The notes under the pieces: model-generated
Told to the model about the DNA's origin: nothing
The model's database searches: none
What the model saw: the letters and a program-made list of their open reading frames with translations, nothing else
From: Eledone cirrhosa
Lineage: Eukaryota
Length of the DNA: 64,000 nt
Assembly (NCBI GenBank): GCA_964016885.1
Contig: OZ024756.1
Location: 37,324,001 to 37,388,000, forward strand
Direction: 5' to 3'
In this document: piece after piece, positions 28,081-40,562 of the stretch
How the letters are laid out: each line of letters starts with the position of its first letter
Position numbering within the stretch: the stretch's first letter is position 1
Translations under genes and position numbers: made by a program

Positions 28081-29411
28081 GTTGGTGCGAGCAACGGCTA
28101 AGGAAAGTCGTTGTGACACGTAAATAGGGGGAACGAGCGAGACAGTAAACAAACAAAGATGGTAATGCAACGAAAAGTGAGGAAGAAGGAGTCAAGTCCC
28201 TGAAATCGATGAACATAAGTTCTGTGAAAATCGTCTTTAAAGCGATGAAATACCAATGAAGGTTGGAAGATCACTGATGAAGGACTAAATTTATTCATAT
28301 GTAACCCATTTGCAACCACGCAGTACGCCATGTTTTCATATTTATATATATATATATAATCGTCTAACTTCGTGAAACCTTGGGTAATGGAATAATTATA
28401 TTGTGTTGTTTATTATGTAATTAAATAGCTCTGTAGCATACATAGAGCACTCTTCTTTCCTTTACATTTTCCAAGGAAATACTTAATATATATATATATC
28501 AATTATCTAAAAAAATTATTTGAAAATATAAGCAGTGTCTTTGATTAGAAATAGGACCATGGAAGGGTTAAAACCTTCCATCATAGTTCTATGTAAGGAC
28601 ATTCATTAAGTTATGTTCCAAACACCAACTTAATTAGCTTAATTAGAAAGTTAGTTATATTACTAAATCTTTCAAAAATTCTTGATTATTTTCAAAATTA
28701 ATTGAAAATCATAGGCAATATGTGTTATTAAAATATGATAACAAAATAGTTAAAATAATTATTTTTTATTCAAAATCCTTCAATTATAATTTTATTTAAG
28801 AAAACGTTAAGCTATGTTCTAAACACCAACGTAAACATATAATTCTGATAATGTGTCTCTATATATATCAATCTATACTGATTCATCTTTAATGGCAGTG
28901 TACAATTACCTCAGTATGTCTGTGAAATATATACATATACATCAGGTCTGAACACAATGGGACCACTCTCCCACTGTCACTGCCTCCATCTCTCCTGCTC
29001 TCTTAGTTATATAATTATTATTAAATCCCTCTAAATTCTTGATTATGTGAAAATCATAGACATCATTAGAAATATGGTTACAAATCGATTATATTCACGA
29101 AGTGGTTATATTTCAAACACCGACATTAAAATGAGAAAGTTAGTTATATTATTACTAAATCCTTTCAATTTCTCGATTATTAAAAAAAAATATTTGAAAA
29201 TCATATATAGCGTCTTTTATAAAAAATATAATAAAAGTGAAAAGCAATGACAGCTTCCAGCTCTGGTTATCTATCATGTAGCAATGAGAAGGGAACATGG
29301 AGGAAGAGGAGGATTGAGGGTGGGGTGGGGTGGGGGGTAACATTATTACTTGAATAGTATGCATATATATTGTTGTTGTTGTTCTTCTTTGTCTTCTTCT
29401 TGGACATTTCT

Positions 29412-29486
29412 TTAGATTCCAAGAGGCTTATGATTGTCCCATAACCATTTATGGTAAATATTGAGTTTATGATCAGTGGGTATTAC
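29412..29486 (-). CDS. MBD4: MBD4 exon 7 (last): glycosylase C-terminus
   Basis: cag|GTA acceptor. VIPTDHKLNIYHKWLWDNHKPLGI* includes the catalytic Asp of the (P.)DHKLN motif. Confidence 0.92.
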   Translation of the reverse strand, partial: VIPTDHKLNIYHKWLWDNHKPLGI

Positions 29487-29671
29487 CTGTGAATGGAGAG
29501 AGAGGGAGAGAGAGACAAATTAGTTTTGTATTATCTGCTGTAAGTATTTGTGTGTGTGTGTACTATGCCTGCATGTGTGTAAGTATGCATACATACATGG
29601 ACAACTCGTCTAGCCCATATTAGTGTGGAAAATGAACATTAAACGAGAACATACTATAAATATATATTTAC

Positions 29672-29775
29672 CTGTTTCCACTCATTGATACAAAATATTC
29701 TGTAAGAATCTTTGCCATATTTGCCAATGCCATACAATTCATCTGGATACTTCCAGTTTTTCATCAGATATTCAT
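29672..29775 (-). CDS. MBD4: MBD4 exon 6: helix-hairpin-helix motif
   Basis: [35 protein letters not shown]; AG/GT bounded, phase 1 to 0. Confidence 0.93.
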
Positions 29776-29933
29776 CTGAAAACAGAGAAGAAAAAGCTAC
29801 GCCATCATCATCTTCATCATGAAACTGCCCCAGGTTTTATGATACAAAGTTGTTGATCTTAAAGTGTTTATAGTTATCTAAAAACCTCCCATCAGAATTT
29901 AACCCTTTAGCCATAACCGGCCAGAATTCTTAC

Positions 29934-30083
29934 CTGAAAATCGGATGATTATCTTGGAGCGTTTCTCGTTAAGACCAAGTGGACTTATTAAACGTGCCAT
30001 CTCGTGCCAATCAGCTTTTCTTGTGGTATTAGCATCAGGATATAGATCAAAGAATTTCCACAATACGGGAATGGCAGATTTAC
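29934..30083 (-). CDS. MBD4: MBD4 exon 5
   Basis: GKSAIPVLWKFFDLYPDANTTRKADWHEMARLISPLGLNEKRSKIIIRFS; 150 nt, phase 1 to 1. Confidence 0.93.
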
Positions 30084-30179
30084 CTATAGGAAATAGGAGA
30101 GAGTTACAGTTTAGTCCTTTTGATAAAAGTCTGGTTTTACTGTTGTCATCATCATTTAACATCCATTTTCCCTGCTAGA

Positions 30180-30530
30180 TAAGTTGTCCATGTATCTAAC
30201 ACCTATGGACATGCCTAAAAAATCAGAAAACAGTACAGCTCCCATGACTTTCAGAAACATTTTTTCACGCTCAGAGTTGCTGAAGCATGGAACAAACTAC
30301 CTGCATCAGTTGTTAGCTGTTGGGATATTGCATCCTTTAAAACTTCCATGTTTCCCGAAATTCACCAACACTACACCTGATATTCCCCCTCCATTCACAC
30401 AGATGCACATATCTGTGTGTATATCATGACTCATATACTGTTCACTTTCCTGACATTTGTAAATTATTCTATGTACTTATACATGCCCCTTTGATGAGTT
30501 GTGGTGCACCTGAGCACTGTATACAAACCC
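30180..30530 (+). mobile_element. CR1/L2-type LINE 3' fragment
   Basis: GHA*KIRKQYSSHDFQKHFFTLRVAEAWNKLPASVVSCWDIASFK resembles the CR1 ORF2 terminus (FF..RV...WN.LP..VV). Confidence 0.75.
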
Positions 30531-30631
30531 TAGCCTTTCTCTTCCTTTTCCATTTTCATAACCACAAAAGACACTTGAATTTTTTTACAATAACTCAAGT
30601 TGTATTGGAAGAAGTTTTTCATAAATTGTAC

Positions 30632-30826
30632 CTGTAGTTTTATTGAGAAATATTGTAGCAATCAGCAATTTCCATGAATCATGGAAGAGACTTTCTTGTA
30701 CAAGACAGAATGGTGATTTAGGAGGTGTCCATTTATTTTGGTTGAGAATACGAGGTTGAACCAATGCTGGCTTCTTGTCATCTTTCTGAAAATATTTACT
30801 TTTCTCCACAGATTTCAACTTAGATC
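30632..30826 (-). CDS. MBD4: MBD4 exon 4: start of glycosylase domain
   Basis: [13 protein letters not shown]...[34 protein letters not shown]; 195 nt, phase 1 to 1. Confidence 0.93.
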
Positions 30827-33800
30827 CTGAAAAAACGAGAAGATAAAAATGGTAAAAATATATATACATATTGATCTGGTAATTAACTAGTTTAACGCTT
30901 TCATTTCCATAAATTTTCTCTGTATATAATATTCACATATCATCTCCTTCCCCTCTCTCTCTTCCTCTGTGTGTGGATCTTTCCCTCTCTCTATGCATGT
31001 GTCTCTTTCCCCTCCTCTCTCTGTACATGCATGTCTCTTTGATTCTCTGCCTTTCTCCCTCCGAGTGTGTGTCTTACCTACTGTCCTTTTGACTCTCTCT
31101 CTCTCTCTCTCTATGTGTGTCCCTTTACCAGCACCTGTCTCTCTCTTTTCTCCTGTGTGTCTCTCTCTTTCTGTTTTCAACTGATGAATAAGGGACCTAC
31201 ACATAGTTACACAATTCACTAGAAATAGACACCAATTTACATTATTTCTGAAAACAAACAGGGTGGTCATGACTGGAGCACACACACAATATATATATAG
31301 ATGTTTAACTTTGAGTTTTAAAAAATCCAAATCTTTCCAAAAGAGAGACAACTGTGATAAACCCCATTTTTAATGTGGTTTATCTCCCTTGAATTTTTTT
31401 TTTTTTTTTTTGTCACTTTACGTCCGTGTTCCACGTTGGTTTCGGTAGGCTGGGTGGTCACAACCGGAGATTAGCCTGGTCAAACGTACGTTACTTTTTT
31501 AATGATTATTATTAATTCCAAATATTTATTTGATGAATTATCGATAGCATAAAAGAAAGCAATACATTTATGACATATGTTTATACACGATATATTACAT
31601 AACTAAAAAGCTCTGTCACCTACATAGAGCACTTTTTTTTTCCTGTACCTTTCCAACGGAATTACTTCTTTTACACAGATATATATATATATATAATCCC
31701 AAACAAAAAGGGCACTTCAATAGGATAAAATCGTATCTATCTATTCTGTACTATTAACATGCATTGAGTACTTCCTCCATTACTGGTCTTGCTAGTTTTT
31801 CCAACTGACAATGTATGTTTAATATTTGTCTTCATAATTCATCTCTCACTTTATAAAATCATTTACAAAATTACATTAACCCTTTCGCAATGGCTGCAGT
31901 ATTAAACCACTATCGGCTCCCAAGGACCTACCTGGGGGTAGTGTTAAAACCATCACAGATTCCCAAGAACCAGGAGGTGGTAGTGGTGTTAAACCAGGCA
32001 ACAGATTAAGTCTTCTACCCCAAAGCAGATACAGACTATCTAACATGTTTCTATACATTTTTTTCTTTCAACCTAAATCATTCGCAAGTTTTCAATAAAT
32101 ATGTAATAAACACTTGATAAAAGTGCCACACAGTAAGATCAAACTTCAGACCCTGGGATAACAAAAGTAAATTTCATAATCACACAGCTATGACTGCAAT
32201 CATTTCTCACTCACCATCACTTAACGTTTATCCTGGCATGGTTTGGACCAAGTCAGTACTTATCCAGAGCTAGTCCTTTGAGACAAAACAGGGATTCATG
32301 CTTCATTTAATACATTCCATTTTGGGCATGGTTTCTGCCTTTCTTTTGTACAGGGTGTATGTTATCAGAACAAGAATAGGTATATCCTTGACACGAGTGA
32401 AGAACCCTCTAGATCATTTTGGCATGGTTTCCACAGCCAGATGCTCTGCCTAAGGCCTTTACAGAGTGTACTTGATGCATTTTATTGTAGCACCAGCACT
32501 AAAAAGGTTGTCATGCCCTTGACATGACTGAAGAGCCCTTTCAATGCGATTTATGTAGCTGGAAGCCCTAACACCAATTACTTTATAAATAAAGAATAAT
32601 CAGTGCATTTTTTTGTGGCAGGCGCCAGTATTAAAAAAGTTGTCAGTGTTCACATAATAAAAGAACCTGTAAAACCTTTTTGACAGTTTGTGGTTGGATG
32701 TCCTTCTTTACAGAATGTAGAAGGTGCATTTTTGTGGCAGCAGCATTAAGAGTTGAAATGTCCCTGACATGACCAAGGAGCCTTCTCAACACTTAAATAC
32801 AGAAATATAATTAAATAAATAAATAAAATAAATAATTTTTTTTTTAAAAATCAGCAAAAATAAAACGATAATGACTTTTATTAAATAAACGAAGATTATA
32901 AAATATAAATATGATAAAAAATAAATTAAAAATATAAATAATAAAATTATCAACAAATTTATTTTTTTTATTAAATATAATTGATTTCTTATTCAGATAC
33001 ACATGGTTAGATGTTTAGAAGAATGGGAAGTAGTGACATCCATGCCTATACCAAGGGTCTTTTTATTTGTTTATATATAGTGTGTGTATATATATATATA
33101 TATATATATTATATATGTATGAAGTAATGGCACCGGTGAATTGTATAAAAAAAAATGAAAAAATATTGATAAAGTACCAGTAATATACTGGGTCGATTTA
33201 ATATTCCTATCAAAACCTCCTACATGTGTATGGAATAATAATAATAATAGAAGACTAAGGCATCTTATTTTGCCTTCATCCTTTTGTAGTTAATAAAATA
33301 AAGTACCAGTTACATACTGGTGTTGATTTAATATTCCTATATAACATCCTAGATGCAAATGGAATTATTAACAGAAGAGATATCAAAGTGGGTTATGTTA
33401 AAAGGTTAAATGACGATCATTTATGGTAAGCATGCCTTTCCAGAGGACACCACTAAGGATTAAAACTAGGATGTAGATGTGTGTGCTTGTGTGGTGGGAG
33501 GGGTATAATTACCTACCCCAATACATAACTGGTACCGACATTAGTAAATGCTAGAGAGACAAAAGGCAAAAAGTATATTTGTAATTTTTTTTTTATGATT
33601 GGCAGAATCGATAGAGCATCAAATGACATGCCATTGCAGTGTTTGTTCTTCCTCTCTATATTGAGTTCAAATCGCACCAAGGTCAACTGTGCTTTTCATC
33701 CTTCCAGGGTCAATAAAATGTCAAAGTACCAGTTAAGTACTGGGGTTTTAAAAAAAAAAAATACAACTCTTAACATGCTGTTCCACACGAAATCGCATCA

Positions 33801-35669
33801 GCTAATCTCAAGATTAAAACTAACCCCTACAGCTATCATTCTATTCTTGAGTTTTCATCAATCTCTGGAGAACCTGACATTATGCCTTCTTCAAAACCTT
33901 AACATATATAAACACTTTTGTATAAGGGTCCTGTACAAACACATTTTTTTAAATAATGCATTGGGCTGGGAAACCAATAAATTGTATAAAATGTGGGCAC
34001 ACATACAATCCGTGTGTATCCACTTTAGAATAATTATAGCATATTCATGTGTGTTGTGAGAAGTGACCAAGAAAGTTGGTGTCATAAAGAGCATCCGGCT
34101 GTAAAAATCCCGTCCAACCCATGCCAGCATGGAAAGACCGATGTAAAAATGATGTAAAAACAATATTATATATACATATGGTCCTAGACTCGGTTTGAAC
34201 TCAGAAAATTTATTTTGAAACTGTGATAACATGCTTCATCCACTAGACAAATGATGCATGAATATTATTAGCTTCAGTTTAGAAGTAAAGGTTTCTAGTT
34301 CAAATCCAATGTATGACCATGTACACTACTAGGAGAAATATAAATATCATAGTCACTCTCTTTAAGGCTCCTCCTATGACAAGTCACTTGCTCTCACACT
34401 AGGGATTGATCCCTCCCTTAGCAAGCAACATTGAAGCCCGATTCTTGCTCTCTCAGCTTACCCTTGTCATTGCCTCCCAAGCTCAGCCAAATACACGAGC
34501 ATGCAAATGTCATAATGAGGTAGTACTGGTGACATGATAAAACACACCCAGTCCACCCTGTAAAGTGGTAGTGCTGGTGCCATACAACAAAAAGCAAAAA
34601 CAAAGTTCACCCTGTAAGGTAGTAGTGATGGTGCCACAACTAAAAGCTTCCAGTACAAACTGTAAAGTGGTTGGTGTTAAGAGAGCATCCAGACATAGAA
34701 AACTAAGCCCCCAAATGGAACATGTAAGGCATGGTCACCCGATGTGTCTAGCGTCATAACGTGACAGCCTGCCTTGCCAAGGCAAGCATGAAAAATAGAC
34801 ATTAAGTGGTGATGATGATAATACATTTCAAAAGATTTTCTGTTTTTCTGAGAAGAGGCAATGACCTCATCACCCTTATCCTCCATAATTGATGGGAGGA
34901 AACTAACCCCAGACGCGAGATCTGACCAAAATGTTTGCAATAGCGTAGAACCTACTAAAGGCACTCAAGGACTAAGCGGTGGTGTTAAACTGGTCAACGA
35001 TTCAACCCTTTTGATACCTGAAACTGATTCTATAAGACAAATATGTTTATTTTAAAGTGTTATATTTATCCAAGAATTCTCCATCAGAATTTTATGCAAA
35101 AACCTTTAAGTTATGTTCCAAACACCAGCTTAATAGTGAGAAAGTTAGTTATTAAATTTCTCCAAATTCTTGATTATTTTCAAAGTTATTTGCAAATTAT
35201 GGACATTAAATTTCATTAAGAATATGGTAAATGAAAGGGTCTGAAACAGATACTCCAATGGGCTTCTGACCAGTTTCTATCTACCAAAGGTCGCCTACAA
35301 GGTTGGCTTGTAAAGACATATTATATATATGTATATATAAAAGAGAGAGATAGGTAAGAGATCTTAGGTAAACATTTTATAACCCAATATGCTGTTGGGT
35401 TAGGAGAAGGAGAAAGAGAGGGGGGAGAGGTACTCATGATTTCACTTTCATGTAAAAATTCAAAGCAAGGTTCCAGAATCAATATGAAGCTATCAGATGC
35501 AGGAAAGAATTTAAGCTGAGAAATGTAAGCTACCTAAACATTGCTTTACCAATTCTATAGCTTCTTTTAGTTACAGCCATGGATGGTACCTATTTACAGC
35601 TAGATAGACTGAGCTACTGTCTGTTTTGTTTACACTGTAATATAGATAGATAGGTAGATATAGCCACTG

Positions 35670-35920
35670 CAGGTAGAGCCACTACTTCTCCGATATTATG
35701 GACATGTGGTTAGAATGTCTCAGGAAAGAATCACTGGACAGATTTTATGGGCAAGATGGTTGGATAATATCCATGAGCTAGGCTGATCGTGCTTGAGGAT
35801 CCATCCGGATCAATTGGAAATGGTTGCTTCTGATAGGAGCTGCTGGAAGGAGTGTTTGAGGACTCTGCCTCCACGTCCTTCTCAGGAATAAGTTGGCCAA
35901 GAAGAAGGTTGATATAAAGG
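35670..35920 (+). mobile_element. RTE-like LINE 3' fragment
   Basis: LLRYYGHVVRMSQERITGQILWARWLDNI resembles the RTE ORF terminus with an internal deletion. Confidence 0.6.
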
Positions 35921-36190
35921 TATGTTAAACAGAAACCCTAAGAGAATGCAGTGCACCATTGGTAGAGAAGTTTCAAAGTCACTGCCTCTATGTTCTTCCA
36001 CTAAATAACATCCACTTTTCAGTGGATGTTATTTGTTGTTTTTTAATTTATTAAAAAAAAAAAACACTAACTTCAAATAGATATAAAGATATACATGTTC
36101 ATTTTGACAAAATTGAGCATTTAGCAAGGATTGTAAAATCCTTTTTATAGAGACTTCTAAATATATATATGGGTGCATGTGTGTGTATAC

Positions 36191-36221
<31 letters not shown>

Positions 36222-36367
36222 TATGTGTACATGTGACTGCTGTTGTTTACACAAACACATGTGTGTGTAGAGAGAGAGAGAGAGAAGGGGTAACTGACAG
36301 TATGTATACACAGACAAAATCTGAAGTATAGATGTACAAGTGTGTTGAGAATGCTACCAAAGCTCAC

Positions 36368-37158
36368 CTTTAACTGAGAAAGTTTGATAACTTTTGGCAT
36401 TGGTAGGTTTGGAATTATCATCATCATCACAAGCAACTTTAACCATTTTATTGGGATTCAGGTCTTTGAGCAAATCAGGACTACAGTCTTCATCCAGTTT
36501 TCTTTTTTGAAACTTAGCTAAGGAAGGTGAACCATTCTCTTTGAGAAGACGAGATTGCGATTCCAGTGTTTTGGAATCTGATCGCAGAGGCAAGTTTTTC
36601 TTATCAGAACTAATCTTATCGGATTTTACCTCTTTTGAAGAATCAACATTTTTTTTGTCTTTTAATTTCGTATTTTCTGTTAATGTTTGTTTTGGTTTAG
36701 CTTTAGAAGCATCATTTTTCTTGACTGAGGATTTCGCAGACTCAGTTTTCAAAGTCAGTTCAAAAGACTCCAAGTCTTTTAACATAAGTTGTTTCAGCGT
36801 ATTCCGAATTTTATTAGAAATACCATCCCGTGTTTTGAGGTCTCCATTTTCTACTATACTGACCCAGTCTTCAAAATAATTCCAAATGTTAAAATTTACA
36901 GGGTATAAATCTTTGTATTTCAAAGGCACAGGAAACGCCAATTTTATAACTAATTTTGGCAATTTTTTCGATGTCTTTTTCACAGGTTGCGGTGGTGGTT
37001 TCGATACAACTTTGGTATTTTTTTTGGCCTTCACAGGCGTTGTAACCGATGAAGGATTCTTTGAATTAAACACAAAATCATCAATATTCAAGTCGAGACT
37101 CTTTTCAGTAAAGAATTCTATTAATTTTACTTTTGAACGAAACCTTTTATTTTCTGGA
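36368..37158 (-). CDS. MBD4: MBD4 exon 3: MBD C-terminal half plus long Lys/Ser-rich linker
   Basis: SPENKRFRSKVKLIEFF...; 791-nt open exon, cag| acceptor and |gtgag donor, phase 2 to 1. Confidence 0.9.
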
Positions 37159-38199
37159 CTGTAGAATAAATGAAAAAAAAAAAAATAATAATAATTAAAA
37201 CAGCAAAAATTGAGATTATTGCAACAATACCTTAGCACAAACTTTCTTCTAGCATCATATTAATCTTGTCCACACTACAAAGTGGTTGTTTTGGTGCCCC
37301 AATAAAAGGCACCCAGTCCACACGGGAAAATAGTCGTCTAGGTGCTATGATAAAAAGCACCAAGTCCATACTGTAAAGTGGTTGGCGTTAGGAAGGGTGT
37401 CCAGCCGTAGAAACTAAGCCAGAAACAGTTCTGTATGAGTAAGACACGGTCATCTGATCTGACTCGGCGTCAAACAGGACAACTCGTCTAACCTATGCTA
37501 ACGTTAAACGGTGATGCTGCTGATGAGTTACTACTCTTATTCTTGTTTCAATCATTAGACTGCAGCCATGATGGGGACACCACCTTGATTTAGTCGATCA
37601 TATCAATCCCAATCTTTGCCTTTTCAGATTAACAAACTCGGTTTGAGATATTTTCTGCTAAATCATTACAGTTTGTTGAGAGTAAAAAGCCATATAAAGA
37701 AAGGATTCAGTTCGGCTGTCTTTCTCCATACATCACAAAGTACGAAAGCTTTATTTTTACCTTCTGACTGCGAGGTGAGCAAGGGAAGTAAATCTTGCAA
37801 AACAACCTATAAATTCTGTAAGAGTTACTTCCCTTTGAAATTCGCTCCGAAGTATAAAATGGTACTGCGTTGAATTTAAATATTCGATACCTCATTGATT
37901 TGTGTGCTAACTGCACTCTACGTGGCGAAATATTATCGAGTCTCTACACAATGCCCAAATTGTTAGAAAAAGCAGCCAAATCTCCCTCAAATCAAACCCT
38001 ACTATCTTAAAATAAGGAAAGAGACATAGATAAGGTAGTTTTCAATAAAGGTCACAACTGGAATACCGTTGTTGTCAGCTAGACCAGGTTTTACCTGTGC
38101 TTAAAGCACAATAACAACTACGACAATCACATATCAACCCCACAACCACCACTATCATCATAACAACAGAGGCAACAAATAAAAGAATAATTAACTCAC

Positions 38200-38319
38200 C
38201 TGTAAAAATAAACATCAAACTTGCCAGCACTTTTTCCGTTTGTTCGTTGGACAACACATCGTCTCCATCCAGCAGGTAAATTACCTGTAGTCTCGGTTGA
38301 GTTTTTGTTTTCTTGACAG
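38200..38319 (-). CDS. MBD4: MBD4 exon 2: methyl-CpG-binding domain N-terminal half
   Basis: [39 protein letters not shown] (LP.GW.R...R..G.SAGK.DVY motif); 120 nt, phase 2 to 2. This frame is not the one shown in the ORF track. Confidence 0.92.
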
Positions 38320-38467
38320 CTATTAAGGACACACAGACAGACAAATATATGAGCATGACAACAGAAGAATTAAGGTGTGTAGGAAGTCATATACAGTATG
38401 TTTATGTATAATAAATATACATTGTTTCACTGAGTGTATTTTAAAGTGTGATTATATCACAGCTTAG

Positions 38468-38675
38468 ACCGGTAGATTGGCAGTATCGTTAGAGCGTCTG
38501 ACATCGTGCTTTGCAGCATAGAGTTACATCCCTTTATGTTCTGAACTCAAATCCCGCTACGGTTAGCTTTGCTTTTTTCCTATAAAATAAAGTACCAGTA
38601 ACGTACTGGAGTCGATGTCATCGACTTTCTCCTCCACAAAATCTGTTGACTTTCTTCCTAAATCAGAAACCATTA
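38468..38675 (+). mobile_element. SINE family 1
   Basis: GATTGGCAGTATCG head, core AAAATAAAGTACCAGT, tail AGAAACCATT. Confidence 0.75.
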
Positions 38676-39131
38676 TATCACTGCTTAAAATACATAAATA
38701 TACATAGACTTGCCGTGAGTGTTTAAAGATGTGACCATATCATAGTTGAAAATACTGACAGCGAGACTAAAAGATAAACACCCTCATCGCTCGCGAATGA
38801 TCATGGGTTTTGCACCAAGAAAGTTCCCTTTCAAGACAAGCCCGGGCATGAGGTTTTGTGGAAGACCAGCAATCACTCATGCGTAAACCAATCTCCCCTC
38901 TTTAGGCCACCAATGTTGGGAAAGGGAAAGGCACAAGGGACGTCACAACTCATTTCTACAGCTGCGTTAGCTGGAGCAACGTAAAATAAAGTGTCTTGTT
39001 CAAGGACACAACACACATACCAGTCTGAAAATCGAACTTACAACCTCACAATTGTAAGCCCAACGCTCAAACCAATGTGGGTATTTTAAGGTGTATCATA
39101 TTACATTTATCTCAGTATCTATGTTAGAGCA

Positions 39132-39174
39132 GTCTATATATATATTTCAGGAGTCTTATCTATCTTCAGTAGAC
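39132..39174 (-). ncRNA. Minimal hammerhead-like motif
   Basis: Minus strand: GTCTA-CTGAAGA-TAGATAAGACTCCT-GAAA-TATATA-TA-TAGAC. Perfect 5-bp stem I and palindromic stem III; stem II is weak. Confidence 0.5.
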
Positions 39175-40237
39175 ACATATATACTACAATATACGGAGAT
39201 AACGAAAGTGTAATATCATAAATATATATTTTTTAATAAATCTATTGTTGATGATAGTGTAAGCATGATGAGCTAGTAGTTATAATCAGTAGACACTAAC
39301 ACAGCGTGATTCAATATAAAGGTGTATATGGATTTGTATAGGTGTAGGTTTGATGGTTGTTATGTAATGTTTTGAATACAGTTTTGAAAGGCGTGATTGG
39401 TCTTACTTTACGAGTAGTGTAGTATGTATCGGTTTAGGTGCGTGTAAATTTTGGGATTACGTTCATGGATAGTACTGGGTCAGATTGGTGTCAACTTCAA
39501 TGTGTTTACGTTAACGCAGTTAATATAATATATATATATTGTTATTGTATTTATTCTGTAAGATTTCTTATTTGAAAACGTGTGTTGAAACAGATTACTT
39601 TGGGAGGATCATGCTGCCAATAAAAACACGCGCACCTGTTGATTTTCACTTTATTATAAATTTCTAGTTGGTTAGTTTAATATATATATATATATTCAAA
39701 GGCTTTGTTTCAGGTGGGTACCAGGGGACAAGTTCCCTCACCCCACACACACTTTTTCAAACGTCTACATTTTACTTTTTGTTTATTTGATTATTTGATA
39801 TAATAAATTCTTTTTAAGCTTATTTTTTTTTATATCTGAACTTCATTTGAATATATAAAATTTAATTAGCGTAAAATTTTACTTATGTGATAGGGTCCGG
39901 GAAAGGCAGCATAAGCAATTTATGCTCCTTTAAGAATCAACAAATGTTGGTTTGTCCCCCTCACATTTTTAAGGCAAACGAGGCCCGTTATATATAGAAA
40001 TGACTTTTACAGAACTAGATCTACCTATTCTGGTAGTGTGATAGTTGATAAAGCTTGCTTGGTCAACAGGATGTGAATGTGTGTGTAGAGTTTGGTCAGC
40101 AGTGTGAGTGTATATCTGTACAGCTTAGTCACCAGGATGTATATGTTTGTTCGTTAGCAGGATGTGTGTGTTGTTCGGAGGTGTGTATAGAGGGAAGGAA
40201 GCGAGCGGGTAATTTAGTCTCAAGAAGACAAATAATA

Positions 40238-40562
40238 GTCTGTTCGCTTTTTACGCGAATTTGCTTTAACACCTCTTGAAAAAAATATTATTTATTAACA
40301 TAAGTATTCACTTTGCGCGAATAACGCGTTATAACGCGTGTGGTTTTTAATTTTTGTTATTTATCAGAAATATAACAGACTTGAATTGACATATGTTGAT
40401 GCCCTAAGGACAGAGACCGTTGGAGAGAACTCGTCCATGGATCTCGAGAATGTTATCCACCCTAGATAGATAGATAGATAGACTTGAATTATCCGAATTT
40501 GCTTAACGCACCTTCACGTTCACGAAGGCATCTTCGCGTAAAAAAAAAAAAAGCGAACAGAC
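40238..40562. mobile_element. MITE-like element with terminal inverted repeats
   Basis: Left GTCTGTTCGCTTTTTACGCGAA; right TTCGCGT(A)nGCGAACAGAC. Confidence 0.6.

Noticed and set aside
28272-28305. CTGATGAAGGAC...ATATGTA
   Set aside because: The GAAA half of the core is missing; it may be a deleted relic but cannot be supported as a ribozyme.
38075-38356. 93-aa ORF from the track
   Set aside because: Wrong frame; the overlapping frame encodes the MBD and fits the splice phases.
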